64,000 nt of DNA from Oscillospiraceae bacterium (lineage in GTDB: Bacteria > Bacillota_I > Bacilli_A > RF39 > UBA660). Location: positions 5,444 through 69,443 of the forward strand of contig CAVGWA010000003.1 of assembly GCA_963632935.1 (NCBI GenBank), read 5' to 3'. The notes beneath the pieces were generated by a model. It had not been told where the DNA came from. It made no database searches and saw only the letters and a program-made list of their open reading frames with translations. Positions 27,574-36,553 of this stretch are shown piece by piece. Every line of letters starts with the position of its first letter. Position 1 is the first letter of the stretch. A program made the position numbers and the translations under genes.

Positions 27574-29058
27574 ATGTCAAAAATTATTGATAGTATTTTA
27601 GGATTTGCAATTGGTGATGCGATGGGGGTTCCAATCGAATTTGAAAATAGAGAGGATTTATTAAAGAATCCTGTTGTTAAAATGGTAGGATATGGTAGTT
27701 ATGATGTTCCGAGTGGTGTATGGTCTGATGATACATCACTTACTTTAGCTACTGTTGATTCTATTTTGGAGTGTCATACAATTGATTATGAAGATATGAT
27801 GAAAAAGTTTTGTGATTTTTTAAATTTTTCTAAATATACTGCAACTAATAAAGTTTTTGATGTTGGCAAGACTACAAAAGAAAGTTTAATGAGATATTAT
27901 TTAAAGAAAAATAATTTTGATGAATGTGGTAGTTTTGATATAAATAGTAATGGTAATGGTTCTTTGATGAGAATGTTACCAATTGCTCTATATACTTATT
28001 ATGATGATATTTCTGAGGAAAAATTATTAGAAGTTATTAAAAAAACATCGTCTTTAACTCATGCTCATGAGTTTAGTATATTAGGATGTTACATATATGT
28101 TAAGTATATTCATTTTATTTTGTCTGGTTATGATAAGTTTACAGCATATGAAAAAGTTAAAGGCCTTAATTTTTATAAGTTTAGTGAGGATGCTAGAAGG
28201 TGTTATAAAAGATTTTTAACTACTGATATTTATAAATTAGATTTAGATTATATTAAATCAAGTGGTTATATTGTTGATACTTTAGAAGCTGTTATTTGGA
28301 CTTTTTTAAATACAAATTCCTTTATGGAGGCTATTGTTGGTTCAATTAATTTAGGTGGAGATACTGATACTATAGGTGCTTTAACTGGTGCTTTAGCCGG
28401 CCTTGTTTATGATGTCCCTTCATTATTTTCTGAACTTAAAAATAATGAATATTTGTTAGATTTAAGTAAGAGGTTTGATGAGGAGTTAAGATTAAATATT
28501 TTAAAGTTTGATGAAGTTATTGATGATAGGTATGGAATTGTTAAGGGAAGTAGTAATACTTTATTTATAAAAACTGGTAGTGGAGATAGTATTCAAGGTT
28601 ATCAGAATAAGTATTTAAAGATTGCTAGAAGTATTAATTATAAATATGGTTTAACTGTTGTTGTTGCTTCTAATATTGAAACATTGGTAAGTGATGATTT
28701 TGAAAATGTGAAAAAATATTTAAATGGGGATATTTATTTTATGGGTATGAGTAATGGTGCTTCTCAAGGAATTCAGAATTTGTATGATGATGATAGAATT
28801 AAAAGTATGCTTTTAGTTAATTGTCCCCTTATGATTAATCTTCATAAAACAAAAGAAGGAATTAGTAAATATAAGGGTAAAATTACGTTTGTTTTTGGTA
28901 CTAAAGATCCATCTTTTAATTATTTACCTTTGATTCAAGATTTTAGAAATGTAAGGGTTGTTACTGTTTTGGGTCAAGATCATAATTTTAGTAAGGGTGA
29001 TGAATTTTTAGAATTACCTGATAAATATTTGCTTTCTAATTTGAAAGAGATAGGGTAG
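27574..29058 (+). CDS. ADP-ribosylglycohydrolase (ARH/DraG family) fused to a C-terminal alpha/beta-hydrolase-like domain
   Basis: The N-terminal roughly 300 aa carry GFAIGDAMGVPIEF, WSDDTSLTLA and GGDTDTIGALTGALAG (ARH metal-binding Asp clusters). The C-terminal roughly 190 aa carry a GxSxG elbow (FMGMSNGAS), GTKDPS and GQDHNF in Ser-Asp-His order. Confidence 0.8.
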   Translation: MSKIIDSILGFAIGDAMGVPIEFENREDLLKNPVVKMVGYGSYDVPSGVWSDDTSLTLATVDSILECHTIDYEDMMKKFCDFLNFSKYTATNKVFDVGKTTKESLMRYYLKKNNFDECGSFDINSNGNGSLMRMLPIALYTYYDDISEEKLLEVIKKTSSLTHAHEFSILGCYIYVKYIHFILSGYDKFTAYEKVKGLNFYKFSEDARRCYKRFLTTDIYKLDLDYIKSSGYIVDTLEAVIWTFLNTNSFMEAIVGSINLGGDTDTIGALTGALAGLVYDVPSLFSELKNNEYLLDLSKRFDEELRLNILKFDEVIDDRYGIVKGSSNTLFIKTGSGDSIQGYQNKYLKIARSINYKYGLTVVVASNIETLVSDDFENVKKYLNGDIYFMGMSNGASQGIQNLYDDDRIKSMLLVNCPLMINLHKTKEGISKYKGKITFVFGTKDPSFNYLPLIQDFRNVRVVTVLGQDHNFSKGDEFLELPDKYLLSNLKEIG

Positions 29059-29183
29059 ATTATATTTATTTACCTTTTTTGTTGGATTTTTTGTTAAATG
29101 GTAATACTAATTTCATTAAAAATTTTAATATTTTTTTGTAGATTAATGAAGAAGTAAAATGTAGTGTTGGAAATTGATTTCAT

Positions 29184-29210
29184 TAAAAAAAGATTAGTCT
29201 TTAACTAATC
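29184..29210 (-). terminator. Rho-independent terminator of the metallophosphoesterase gene (minus strand)
   Basis: On the minus strand, gattagt-taaag-actaatc (29192-29210) overlaps the stop codon and is followed by T7 (the plus-strand A7 at 29184-29190). Confidence 0.5.
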
Positions 29211-30060
29211 TATAAACATTATATGAAGGGGTATTAAATAATCTAAAGTTATTTCCACCCAAACCATTTGATATGTATAATTCTGAGTTTTTTATAGTAT
29301 AATGATTATTATAATATTTTTTAAATCCTTCTTTTCGAATGATTGACCCTATAGGGGGGATATTAATTTGTCCTCCATGCGTATGACCAGCTAGCATTAA
29401 ATTAAATGGATTTACAGTTATATCGTCGATTGAATCTGGTTCATGGACTAATAAAATTTTATATATTGGTCCGTTTTTTTCAAATGAATTTAAATAATCT
29501 ATAGCTGATTTTAGTTTATCATTTATGTTTAGCTTATCTTTTGTTGAGCTTGCTCCAGCTATGAACATGTTTACATATCCTTTTTTATATATTGTATCGT
29601 ATGTGTTATTTAAATCGGTAAATCCGCTATTTTGTATTATGCTGATCCATTCGTCAAATTTTGTATCATTTTCACCACTAATTGCATATTTACCTGATTG
29701 TGCGTTTATTTTATTTAGCTCGTTTGATATTTCACTAGCCATGCTTGTTGTCATATTTGTTTTTTTGTCTATTAGATCACCTGTTAGAACTACTATGTCT
29801 GGTTTTTGTTCGTTTACGCTTTTAACTAATTTTTTAAGTTTTTTAAGGTTAAATGTTTCACCGTAGTGTATATCTGATATTTGAACTATTTTAAAACCAT
29901 TGAAGTTATCGGTTAGATTGGTTATTGTTATTTTATATTCTTTTATATTTATTAGTTTTGGTTCGATAAAAAATCCATAAGCACATATTATAGATATAAT
30001 AAAAATAATTAATAGAAATAGTTTTAGAAGGGAAAAATGTTTTTCTTTTTTCTTAGCCAT
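29194..30060 (-). CDS. Membrane-anchored calcineurin-like metallophosphoesterase (YkuE-like)
   Basis: N-terminal TM helix, then QISDIHYG, LTGDLID and AGHTHGGQ metallophosphoesterase motifs. Confidence 0.85.
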   Translation of the reverse strand: MAKKKEKHFSLLKLFLLIIFIISIICAYGFFIEPKLINIKEYKITITNLTDNFNGFKIVQISDIHYGETFNLKKLKKLVKSVNEQKPDIVVLTGDLIDKKTNMTTSMASEISNELNKINAQSGKYAISGENDTKFDEWISIIQNSGFTDLNNTYDTIYKKGYVNMFIAGASSTKDKLNINDKLKSAIDYLNSFEKNGPIYKILLVHEPDSIDDITVNPFNLMLAGHTHGGQINIPPIGSIIRKEGFKKYYNNHYTIKNSELYISNGLGGNNFRLFNTPSYNVYRLVKD

Positions 30061-30108
30061 GTAATCACCTATAGTAATTTTAACACAAATAAAAAAAAGA
30101 CAAAAGTC

Positions 30109-30813
30109 TTATGTAAAAATTAGTATGAATGTTTGCATGGCTATTATCATTCCATTATGCATGAAATGAAATCCCATTGACACAAAGATATTGTTTGTTT
30201 TTTTAAGCATATAGGCGAAGGCAAAACCACAGCTACAGTAGGCAATTAGGTGCAAGGGGAATAGATAATTTACCGGTGTTGTTAGTAGATGAAGGCCACC
30301 AAAGATTAAGCTTGATATTGTTATGAATAAAAAATCATTTTTAAATATAGCTCTAAAGCTTAATCTAAATACTGTTTCTTCTATTATGGGTGCGAGTATG
30401 ACGGCTGAGATAAATGTATAGATTGGATATAATTCAAACTCTGATCTGACTGCAGCTTCGTTGTTTGATATGCCTCCCCCTAATATGTTTATTATGGAGT
30501 TTGCTAGTAACATGAATATGAGCGCTAGTACGTAGTATTTTAAATATGTATTAAAGTATGTTAGATGGTTTTTTTTAATATCTTGATATGCCTTTTTGAA
30601 TTCTTTTTCAAATATTGAATATATTAATATAAGTATAAGCATTTCTACACCTAAAGAGTATAATATTTTTGAAATGCTTGATAAATCTGATACATTTATA
30701 TGTAGTAATATGAAAGGTAGACTTTGATATTTACTAAGTAAAAAATAAATTAATATTGCACTTAGTCCTTTTATTATATATGTTATTTCATTTTTATCTG
30801 TTCTTGTTATCAT
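30109..30813 (-). CDS. CPBP family intramembrane glutamic endopeptidase (CAAX protease-like)
   Basis: Polytopic protein with EETVFR (motif 1), FGGLH (motif 2) and HFMHN (motif 3). Confidence 0.8.
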   Translation of the reverse strand: MITRTDKNEITYIIKGLSAILIYFLLSKYQSLPFILLHINVSDLSSISKILYSLGVEMLILILIYSIFEKEFKKAYQDIKKNHLTYFNTYLKYYVLALIFMLLANSIINILGGGISNNEAAVRSEFELYPIYTFISAVILAPIIEETVFRLSFRAIFKNDFLFITISSLIFGGLHLLTTPVNYLFPLHLIAYCSCGFAFAYMLKKTNNIFVSMGFHFMHNGMIIAMQTFILIFT

Positions 30814-30885
30814 TTATATCACCAAATTTATTATACTTAAATTTAGTGAAATTTTAAAGAAAAGTTTTAAATTATGTGTAAAGTA

Positions 30886-30894
30886 TGGTATAAT
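30886..30894 (+). promoter_or_regulatory. Extended -10 promoter candidate for the rimP-nusA-infB operon
   Basis: TGgTATAAT at 30886-30894. The -35 region is weak (tttaaa-like). Confidence 0.4.
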
Positions 30895-30913
30895 CTTCTA
30901 TAGACGTGCAGAA

Positions 30914-30937
30914 AAAGAGTGGGGTGGCCCACTCTTT
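30914..30937 (+). promoter_or_regulatory. Leader stem-loop upstream of rimP (possible attenuator or 5' stabiliser)
   Basis: A perfect 10-bp stem aaagagtggg / cccactcttt with loop gtgg, followed by an interrupted T tract (tttaatgtagtttt). It lies about 14 nt downstream of the predicted transcription start. Confidence 0.45.
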
Positions 30938-30957
30938 AATGTAGTTTTGGAGGTGTT

Positions 30958-31221
30958 ATGTTGGAAGATAAGATAAGAGGTTTATTAGAAAAGAAAATTA
31001 ATGAGGCTGGATATATTTTAGATGAGGTATTTTATGGCAAGGAAGAAAATGTAAATACCTTAAGACTTGTTATTGATAAATCTGGTTTTATTAATGTTGG
31101 TGATTGTGTTAAGGTAAATGAAATTGTAAATCCAATATTGGATGAAAATGATCCGATTAGTGAAAGCTATGTTTTAGATGTTTGTTCTAAGGAAAAAGGA
31201 GATGATAGTGATGGACAGTAA
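30958..31221 (+). CDS. rimP: Ribosome maturation factor RimP, short form (N-terminal domain only)
   Basis: It sits in the conserved position before nusA. LRLVIDKSGFINVGDCVKVNEIVNPILDENDPISESYVLDV matches the RimP N-domain pattern. It is only 87 aa, and its stop overlaps the nusA start. Confidence 0.6.
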   Translation: MLEDKIRGLLEKKINEAGYILDEVFYGKEENVNTLRLVIDKSGFINVGDCVKVNEIVNPILDENDPISESYVLDVCSKEKGDDSDGQ

Positions 31222-32365
31222 AAAGTTTTTATTAGCTGTTAATAATTTGTCAAAGGAAAAGGGTATTGATAAAGATACAATATTTGATGCAATGGAATTA
31301 GCTCTTACAAGTGCTTATAAGAAAAATTATCATTCTCTTTCTAATGTCCGTGTTGACATTAATAGAGAAACTGGTGAGATAAAGATATTTTCATATAAGA
31401 CTGTTGTTTTTAATGAAGAGTTTGAAAAGGAAGATGGAGTTTTAGAAAAAGAAATTATTACTGATGAAGATGGTAATGAGGAAGAGGTTGAAAAGGAATT
31501 TTATTTTGATGATAGAATTCATATAACTTTGGAAGATGCTTTAAAGAAGGTTCCTGGTATTAAGATTGGTGATACTATTGAAAAGGAAGTTACTCCAAAA
31601 GATTTTGGTAGGGTTGCGGCTGCTACTGCAAAACAGGTTGTTGTCCAAAAGATTAGAGAAGCTGAAAGAGAAATTATTAATGAGGAGTTTGCTGATAAAC
31701 AAGACGAGATGGTTACTGGTATAGTAGCTATGGAAGATCAAAGAAATTATTATGTTGATTTAGGTAGAACTCAAGGAATTTTACCTAAAAGTGAGATTAT
31801 TCCTGGTGAGACTATTAAAATGTCATCTAGTTTAAAGGTTTATATTACTAAAGTTGAAAATAATTCTAAGGGACCTTTAATTTTACTTTCTAGAAAACAT
31901 TATGGTTTTGTTAAAAGATTATTTGAACTTGAAATACCTGAAATTAATGAAGGAATTATTTTAGTTTATAGTGTGGCTAGAGAAGCTGGTAATAGAACTA
32001 AGATTGCTGTTTATTCTGAGAATCCTAATGTTGATCCTGTTGGTTCTTGTATTGGTGAGAAAGGTAGTAGAATAAATCGTATTATTAATGAATTAAATGG
32101 TGAAAAAATCGATATTGTTAAATATGAATCTGATGATAGTAGATTTATTGAAAATGCTTTAAGTCCTGCTCGCAATTTGCACGTTTTCATTACTGATGAT
32201 AAAAAGAAGGAAGCTTTGGTTGTTGTTAATAATGAAAATCTTTCACTTGCTATTGGTAAGAAAGGTTTAAATATTAAGCTTGCTTCTAGATTAACTCATT
32301 ATAAGTTAGACGTTCAAACTATTGAACAAGCTAAAGAAAATGGTATTAGTATTGTTGAGGATTAG
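31211..32365 (+). CDS. nusA: Transcription termination/antitermination factor NusA
   Basis: NusA N-terminal domain, S1 and two KH domains (GSCIGEKGSRINRI, AIGKKGLNIKLASRLT). AAGGAG RBS before the ATG at 31211. Confidence 0.92.
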   Translation: MDSKKFLLAVNNLSKEKGIDKDTIFDAMELALTSAYKKNYHSLSNVRVDINRETGEIKIFSYKTVVFNEEFEKEDGVLEKEIITDEDGNEEEVEKEFYFDDRIHITLEDALKKVPGIKIGDTIEKEVTPKDFGRVAAATAKQVVVQKIREAEREIINEEFADKQDEMVTGIVAMEDQRNYYVDLGRTQGILPKSEIIPGETIKMSSSLKVYITKVENNSKGPLILLSRKHYGFVKRLFELEIPEINEGIILVYSVAREAGNRTKIAVYSENPNVDPVGSCIGEKGSRINRIINELNGEKIDIVKYESDDSRFIENALSPARNLHVFITDDKKKEALVVVNNENLSLAIGKKGLNIKLASRLTHYKLDVQTIEQAKENGISIVED

Positions 32366-32368
32366 TTT

Positions 32369-32626
32369 ATGAAGATGAAGAAAATACCGATGAGAATGTG
32401 TGTTGTTACAAGGGAAAAACTGCCTAAGTATGAACTTATTAGGGTAGTTAAGACTGATGATGGTGTTATTGTTGATAAAACTGGAAAGGTTAATGGTAGA
32501 GGAGCTTATTTAAAAAAAGATAAAGAGGTATTTTTAAAGGCTAAAAATAGTAAAATATTAAATAGGCAATTGGAAACGATTGTTGATGATAGGGTGTTTG
32601 ATGAATTAAATAGTTTATTAGATTAG
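32369..32626 (+). CDS. YlxR/RnpM family RNA-binding protein (DUF448)
   Basis: PMRMCVVTREKLPKYELIRVV...GRGAYL is the YlxR signature. It sits in the conserved nusA-infB position. Confidence 0.85.
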   Translation: MKMKKIPMRMCVVTREKLPKYELIRVVKTDDGVIVDKTGKVNGRGAYLKKDKEVFLKAKNSKILNRQLETIVDDRVFDELNSLLD

Positions 32627-32643
32627 AAAGAAGGTGCTTAAGT

Positions 32644-34722
32644 ATGATGAGTGTGAGAGAATATGCGGAAGATATTAACCGTGATGTTTTAGAGGTTTTA
32701 GATAAATGTTTAGAGCTAGATATTGATGTTAAAACGGCTGATGATGTGCTTGATGAGGAAGCTATTATTATGCTTGACAGTAGTTTTGATGAAATTAGTG
32801 AAGAGATGGAAGATGAAGAAATTGCTGAAGAGGTAGCTTTGGAAGAGAGCGGAATTGATTCTAAGAAAAAACCTAAAAAGGTTAAAAAGCCTGATAATAA
32901 GAAAGCATTTGCTCAAAAGAAAAAAGCAATGTATAAAAGTAAGGAAAAATTGCAAAGTAATGCACCTATAGATAATGATAATATTATTTTGTATAAAGAG
33001 AATATGACTATATCACAGCTTGCTAAAGAAATGAATATTGCAGCTAGTGAACTTATTAAGAAATTATTTTCTTTAGGTTTGATGGTTAATATTAATAGTC
33101 CTGTTTCTTTTGAAAATGCAGAAATTATTGTTTTAGATTATGGCAAAGAATTAAAGAAGGAATCTACTTTAGATGTAGCTAATTTTGAAGAATTTGAGGT
33201 AACTGATAGGGAAGAGGATTTAGTTACTAGACCTGCTGTTGTTACTATTATGGGACATGTTGATCATGGTAAAACTACTTTACTTGATGCAATTAGAAAG
33301 ACTAATGTTGCTGAAGGTGAGGCTGGAGGAATTACTCAAGCTATTAGTGCATATCAAGTTGAAAGAGATGGAAAAAAGATTACATTTATTGATACTCCTG
33401 GACATGCGGCTTTTACTGAAATGCGTGCTAGAGGTGCTAGTATAACTGATATTGTTATTATTATAGTAGCGGCTGATGATGGTGTTATGCCTCAAACTAG
33501 AGAAGCTATTGATCATGCTAAGGCAGCTGGCGTTCCTATTATTGTAGCTGTTAATAAGATGGATAAACCAGGTGCTAATCCTGATAAGGTTATGAATGAG
33601 ATGGCTGAGGCTGGTCTTATGCCAGAACAGTGGGGTGGAGATGTTATATTTAGTCAAATTTCTGCTGTTAATGGCGATGGTATTGATGAGCTTTTAGAAA
33701 ATATTTTGCTTGTTGCTGAAGTTAATAATTATAGAGCTAATCCTAATCGTTATGCGATGGGTACGGTTGTTGAATCAAAGTTAGATAAACATTTAGGACC
33801 TATTGTTACTGTTTTGGTTCAAAATGGGACTTTACGTTTAGGTGATCCTGTTGTTGTTGGTAGTTTTTTTGGTAAGGTAAGAACACTTCGTAATGATAAG
33901 GGTGAAGAGATTACAATGGCTTTACCTAGTCAACCTGTTGAAATTACTGGTCTTAATGGTGTACCTTCAGCTGGTGATAAGTTTATGGCTTTTGAAAGCG
34001 AAAAGGAAGCTAAGGCAATTGCTGCTAAAAGGGCTATTCAAGCTAAAGAAAAAGAAAATAAAGCTAAAGCATCTGTTTCTTTGGATGATTTATTTGCTCA
34101 AATTGGTGAAGGTTTAAAAGAGATAAATGTTATTATTAAAGCTGATGTAAATGGTAGTAGTGAAGCTGTTAAAAATAGTTTACAGAAGATTGAAGTTGAT
34201 GGAGTTAAGATAAATGTTATTAGAAGTAGTGTTGGTGGCATTACTGAAAGTGATATTGTTTTAGCTAAGGCTTCTAATGCTATTATTATTGGTTTTAATG
34301 TAAGACCTAGTAATATAATTAAAGATAAAGCTAAAGCTGATGGTGTTGAAATTAGATTTTATAATATTATTTATAAAGCAGTTGAAGAGATGGAAAATGC
34401 TATGAAGGGTATGCTTGATCCTGAATATGAAGAAAATGTTTTAGGGTCTGCTGAGATTAGACAAATATTTAAGTTTTCTAAGATTGGTAATATTGCGGGC
34501 TCTTTTATAACTGATGGTGCTGTCAGACGTGATAGTAATGCTAGAGTTATTCGTGATGGCGTTGTTATTTATGATGGTAAAATTGGTTCTTTACAACGTG
34601 AAAAAGATAGTGTCAAAGAAGTTAAAAAAGGTTATGAATGTGGTATTACAGTTGACAATTTTAATGATATTAAAGTTGGAGATATTATAGAAGCTTATGA
34701 AATGGTGGAGATTGCTAGATGA
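32644..34722 (+). CDS. infB: Translation initiation factor IF-2
   Basis: G domain ([26 protein letters not shown]) and C-terminal domains. Confidence 0.95.
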   Translation: MMSVREYAEDINRDVLEVLDKCLELDIDVKTADDVLDEEAIIMLDSSFDEISEEMEDEEIAEEVALEESGIDSKKKPKKVKKPDNKKAFAQKKKAMYKSKEKLQSNAPIDNDNIILYKENMTISQLAKEMNIAASELIKKLFSLGLMVNINSPVSFENAEIIVLDYGKELKKESTLDVANFEEFEVTDREEDLVTRPAVVTIMGHVDHGKTTLLDAIRKTNVAEGEAGGITQAISAYQVERDGKKITFIDTPGHAAFTEMRARGASITDIVIIIVAADDGVMPQTREAIDHAKAAGVPIIVAVNKMDKPGANPDKVMNEMAEAGLMPEQWGGDVIFSQISAVNGDGIDELLENILLVAEVNNYRANPNRYAMGTVVESKLDKHLGPIVTVLVQNGTLRLGDPVVVGSFFGKVRTLRNDKGEEITMALPSQPVEITGLNGVPSAGDKFMAFESEKEAKAIAAKRAIQAKEKENKAKASVSLDDLFAQIGEGLKEINVIIKADVNGSSEAVKNSLQKIEVDGVKINVIRSSVGGITESDIVLAKASNAIIIGFNVRPSNIIKDKAKADGVEIRFYNIIYKAVEEMENAMKGMLDPEYEENVLGSAEIRQIFKFSKIGNIAGSFITDGAVRRDSNARVIRDGVVIYDGKIGSLQREKDSVKEVKKGYECGITVDNFNDIKVGDIIEAYEMVEIAR

Positions 34723-35057
34723 GTGTTAAAATAGAGAGAATTTCTGATGCTTTGATTGAACAGATTAGTTATATAATTGCTAATGAGGTAAAAAATGGTA
34801 TTAAGTTTGTTACTATAACTGATGTAAAGGTTAGTGGTGATTTATCATTTGCCAAGGTATATTTTACGGTTTTGGATGAAAGCAAAAAAGATGAAGTTTT
34901 AAAAATTTTAAAAGAAGCTAGTGGTTTTATTAGACATGAACTCAGGGACAGAGTAGAGATTAGACAAATACCTGATTTGAAGTTTGTTTACGATGATACA
35001 ATCGATCATGCTAAAAAAATTGAGGATATTATTGAAAAATTACATGAAGATTGTTGA
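34719..35057 (+). CDS. rbfA: Ribosome-binding factor A
   Basis: 112 aa. TITDVKVSGDLSFAKVYF and IRQIPDLKFVYD blocks. ATGA overlap with infB. Confidence 0.9.
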   Translation: MSVKIERISDALIEQISYIIANEVKNGIKFVTITDVKVSGDLSFAKVYFTVLDESKKDEVLKILKEASGFIRHELRDRVEIRQIPDLKFVYDDTIDHAKKIEDIIEKLHEDC

Positions 35058-35082
35058 CATGTATAGTAAATTTGTGTATAAT
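35054..35082 (+). promoter_or_regulatory. Consensus sigma-A promoter of the infC operon
   Basis: TTGACA (35054-35059, overlapping the rbfA stop codon), a 17-nt spacer, TATAAT (35077-35082). Confidence 0.6.
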
Positions 35083-35202
35083 CTGTTGTGTAATTTGAAA
35101 AGGAAAGAAGAAGTGTCCACTTCTCACCTGATTGCTTATAGGCGATGGGTAAATGCTGATGTTTATTAATGCAGGTGGATACTCTTTGTATTCACTTTTT
35201 TA
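35083..35202 (+). promoter_or_regulatory. L20 leader (ribosomal protein L20-responsive attenuator of infC-rpmI-rplT)
   Basis: A roughly 120-nt structured leader sits in the canonical Firmicute position. It contains hairpin agaagtg-tcc-acttct and ends in a terminator directly before the infC RBS. Confidence 0.6.
35175..35201 (+). terminator. Attenuator terminator of the L20 leader
   Basis: Stem gtggatac (35175-35182) / gtattcac (35188-35195) includes one G:U pair and is followed by T6. Confidence 0.65.
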
Positions 35203-35217
35203 TTGGAGGTGTCTAGT

Positions 35218-35745
35218 ATCGCAAAGGAAAAAGGTTTGTATATTAACGAACAAATACGAGCAAAGGAAGTTATGGTAATTGGTCCTAATGGTGAACAGTT
35301 AGGTGTTAAACCAATTAAAGATGCACTTACTTTGGCTAATTATGCAGGATTTGATTTAGTACTTATGAATCCAGGTGGTAAACCACCAGTTTGTAAAATA
35401 ATGGATTATAATCGTTATAAGTATGAAAGCAAGAAGAAACAAAAAGAGAACATGAAAAGACAACGTGAAGCTAATTTAGATATGAAAGAGTATAAATTAT
35501 CTGTTACTATTGATGTTCATGATTTTAATACTAAACTTAAAAATGCAACTAAGTATTTAGAAAAAGGTCATAAGGTTAAGGTTAGTGTTAGATTTAAAGG
35601 TAGAGAAATTACTCATAGTAATTTGGGTAAAGAAGTTCTTATGCGTTTTGCAGAACAGGCAAAGGATGTTGCAATTATTGAACAAATGCCAAAACTTGAA
35701 GGTCGTATTATGGCATTGATACTTGCACCAAATAAGGAAAAATAG
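35218..35745 (+). CDS. infC: Translation initiation factor IF-3 (start codon uncertain, probably non-AUG)
   Basis: INEQIRAKEVMVIGPNGEQLG and the C-terminal domain. The GGAGG RBS at 35205-35209 is 8 nt upstream of the in-frame ATC at 35218. The TTG at 35203 and GTG at 35209 overlap the RBS. Confidence 0.85.
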   Translation: MAKEKGLYINEQIRAKEVMVIGPNGEQLGVKPIKDALTLANYAGFDLVLMNPGGKPPVCKIMDYNRYKYESKKKQKENMKRQREANLDMKEYKLSVTIDVHDFNTKLKNATKYLEKGHKVKVSVRFKGREITHSNLGKEVLMRFAEQAKDVAIIEQMPKLEGRIMALILAPNKEK

Positions 35746-35755
35746 GAGGAAGATT

Positions 35756-35956
35756 ATGGCTAAAATTAAAGCAAAATCACATAAAGGGTTATCAAAAGTT
35801 TTAAAGGTTAGAAAAAGTGGTTCAGTTAAATTTCAACCAGCTAACAAAAATCATAAGTTAACTCATAAGAGTAATCAATCAAGAAGAAGAAGACATCATG
35901 ATTCAGGTTTAAGTATATCTGATACAAGAAGATTAAAAGATTTAATTAATAAGTAA
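35756..35956 (+). CDS. rpmI: 50S ribosomal protein L35
   Basis: [22 protein letters not shown]... is basic and 66 aa long. GGAGGA RBS. Confidence 0.9.
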   Translation: MAKIKAKSHKGLSKVLKVRKSGSVKFQPANKNHKLTHKSNQSRRRRHHDSGLSISDTRRLKDLINK

Positions 35957-35970
35957 AGGGAGGAATTAAA

Positions 35971-36525
35971 ATGAGAGTTAAAGGTGGAACTATTCATCGT
36001 GCTCGCCGTAAAAAAGCTTTGAAACAAGCTAAAGGTTATTTCGGTAGTAAGCACAGATTATATAAAACAGCTAAAGAACAAGTTATGCATTCAGGAGCTT
36101 ATGCTTATAGAGATAGAAAAAATAGAAAAAGAGATTTTAGAAAATTATGGATTACTAGAATTAATGCGGCTTGCCGTTTAAATGAAATTAGTTATTCTAA
36201 ATTTATTAGTGGTTTAAATAAAGCTAATATTGAAATTAATAGAAAGATGCTTGCTGAAATTGCTGTTGATGATCCAAAAGCATTTACTGAAATTGTTAAT
36301 GCTGCTAAAGCCGCTTTAGAAGGCAAGGAATATAAAGCAAAAGTTTCAAAAGAAGTAAAAAAAGAAGAAACTAAAAAAGAGACAGTTAAGAAAGAGGCTG
36401 TTAAAGAAGAAAAAACTGATTTATCTAAAATGACAGTTGCAGAACTTAAAAAATTAGCTAAAGAAAAAAATGTTGAAGGTTATTCTACAATGAAAAAAGC
36501 TGAGTTATTAGATGCTTTAAAATAG
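35971..36525 (+). CDS. rplT: 50S ribosomal protein L20 with a roughly 65-aa C-terminal extension
   Basis: Residues 1 to about 118 are canonical L20 ([46 protein letters not shown]). Residues from about 119 to 184 are a K/E-rich linker followed by [34 protein letters not shown]. Confidence 0.92.
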   Translation: MRVKGGTIHRARRKKALKQAKGYFGSKHRLYKTAKEQVMHSGAYAYRDRKNRKRDFRKLWITRINAACRLNEISYSKFISGLNKANIEINRKMLAEIAVDDPKAFTEIVNAAKAALEGKEYKAKVSKEVKKEETKKETVKKEAVKEEKTDLSKMTVAELKKLAKEKNVEGYSTMKKAELLDALK

Positions 36526-36553
36526 AATAACTTCTTTTTGTATTGGAGGGTTT

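Noticed and set aside
29110-29189. A 13-nt direct repeat atttcattaaaaa (29110-29122 and 29177-29189) in the convergent intergenic region.
   Set aside because: It is short, pure AT-rich sequence in an AT-rich spacer. Chance recurrence is plausible and no associated structure or ORF is present.
27439-30813. The idea that the three genes after ssrA (the ARH fusion, the metallophosphoesterase and the CPBP protease) form a tmRNA-integrated genomic island.
   Set aside because: There is no integrase or recombinase. By eye I found no direct repeat of the tmRNA 3' end (ggagttcgactctcc...) downstream to mark an attR site. The context is suggestive only and is noted under the ARH finding.
32716-34117. 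Four listed ORFs inside infB (32716-32955 -, 33239-33445 +, 33280-33657 -, 33893-34117 +).
   Set aside because: They overlap the universally conserved IF-2 reading frame. Their products are leucine/lysine-rich nonsense with no motifs.
34984-35169. A plus-strand 61-aa ORF spanning the rbfA end and the infC leader.
   Set aside because: It overlaps rbfA out of frame. It also runs through the promoter and L20-leader RNA structure, which explain the sequence better.
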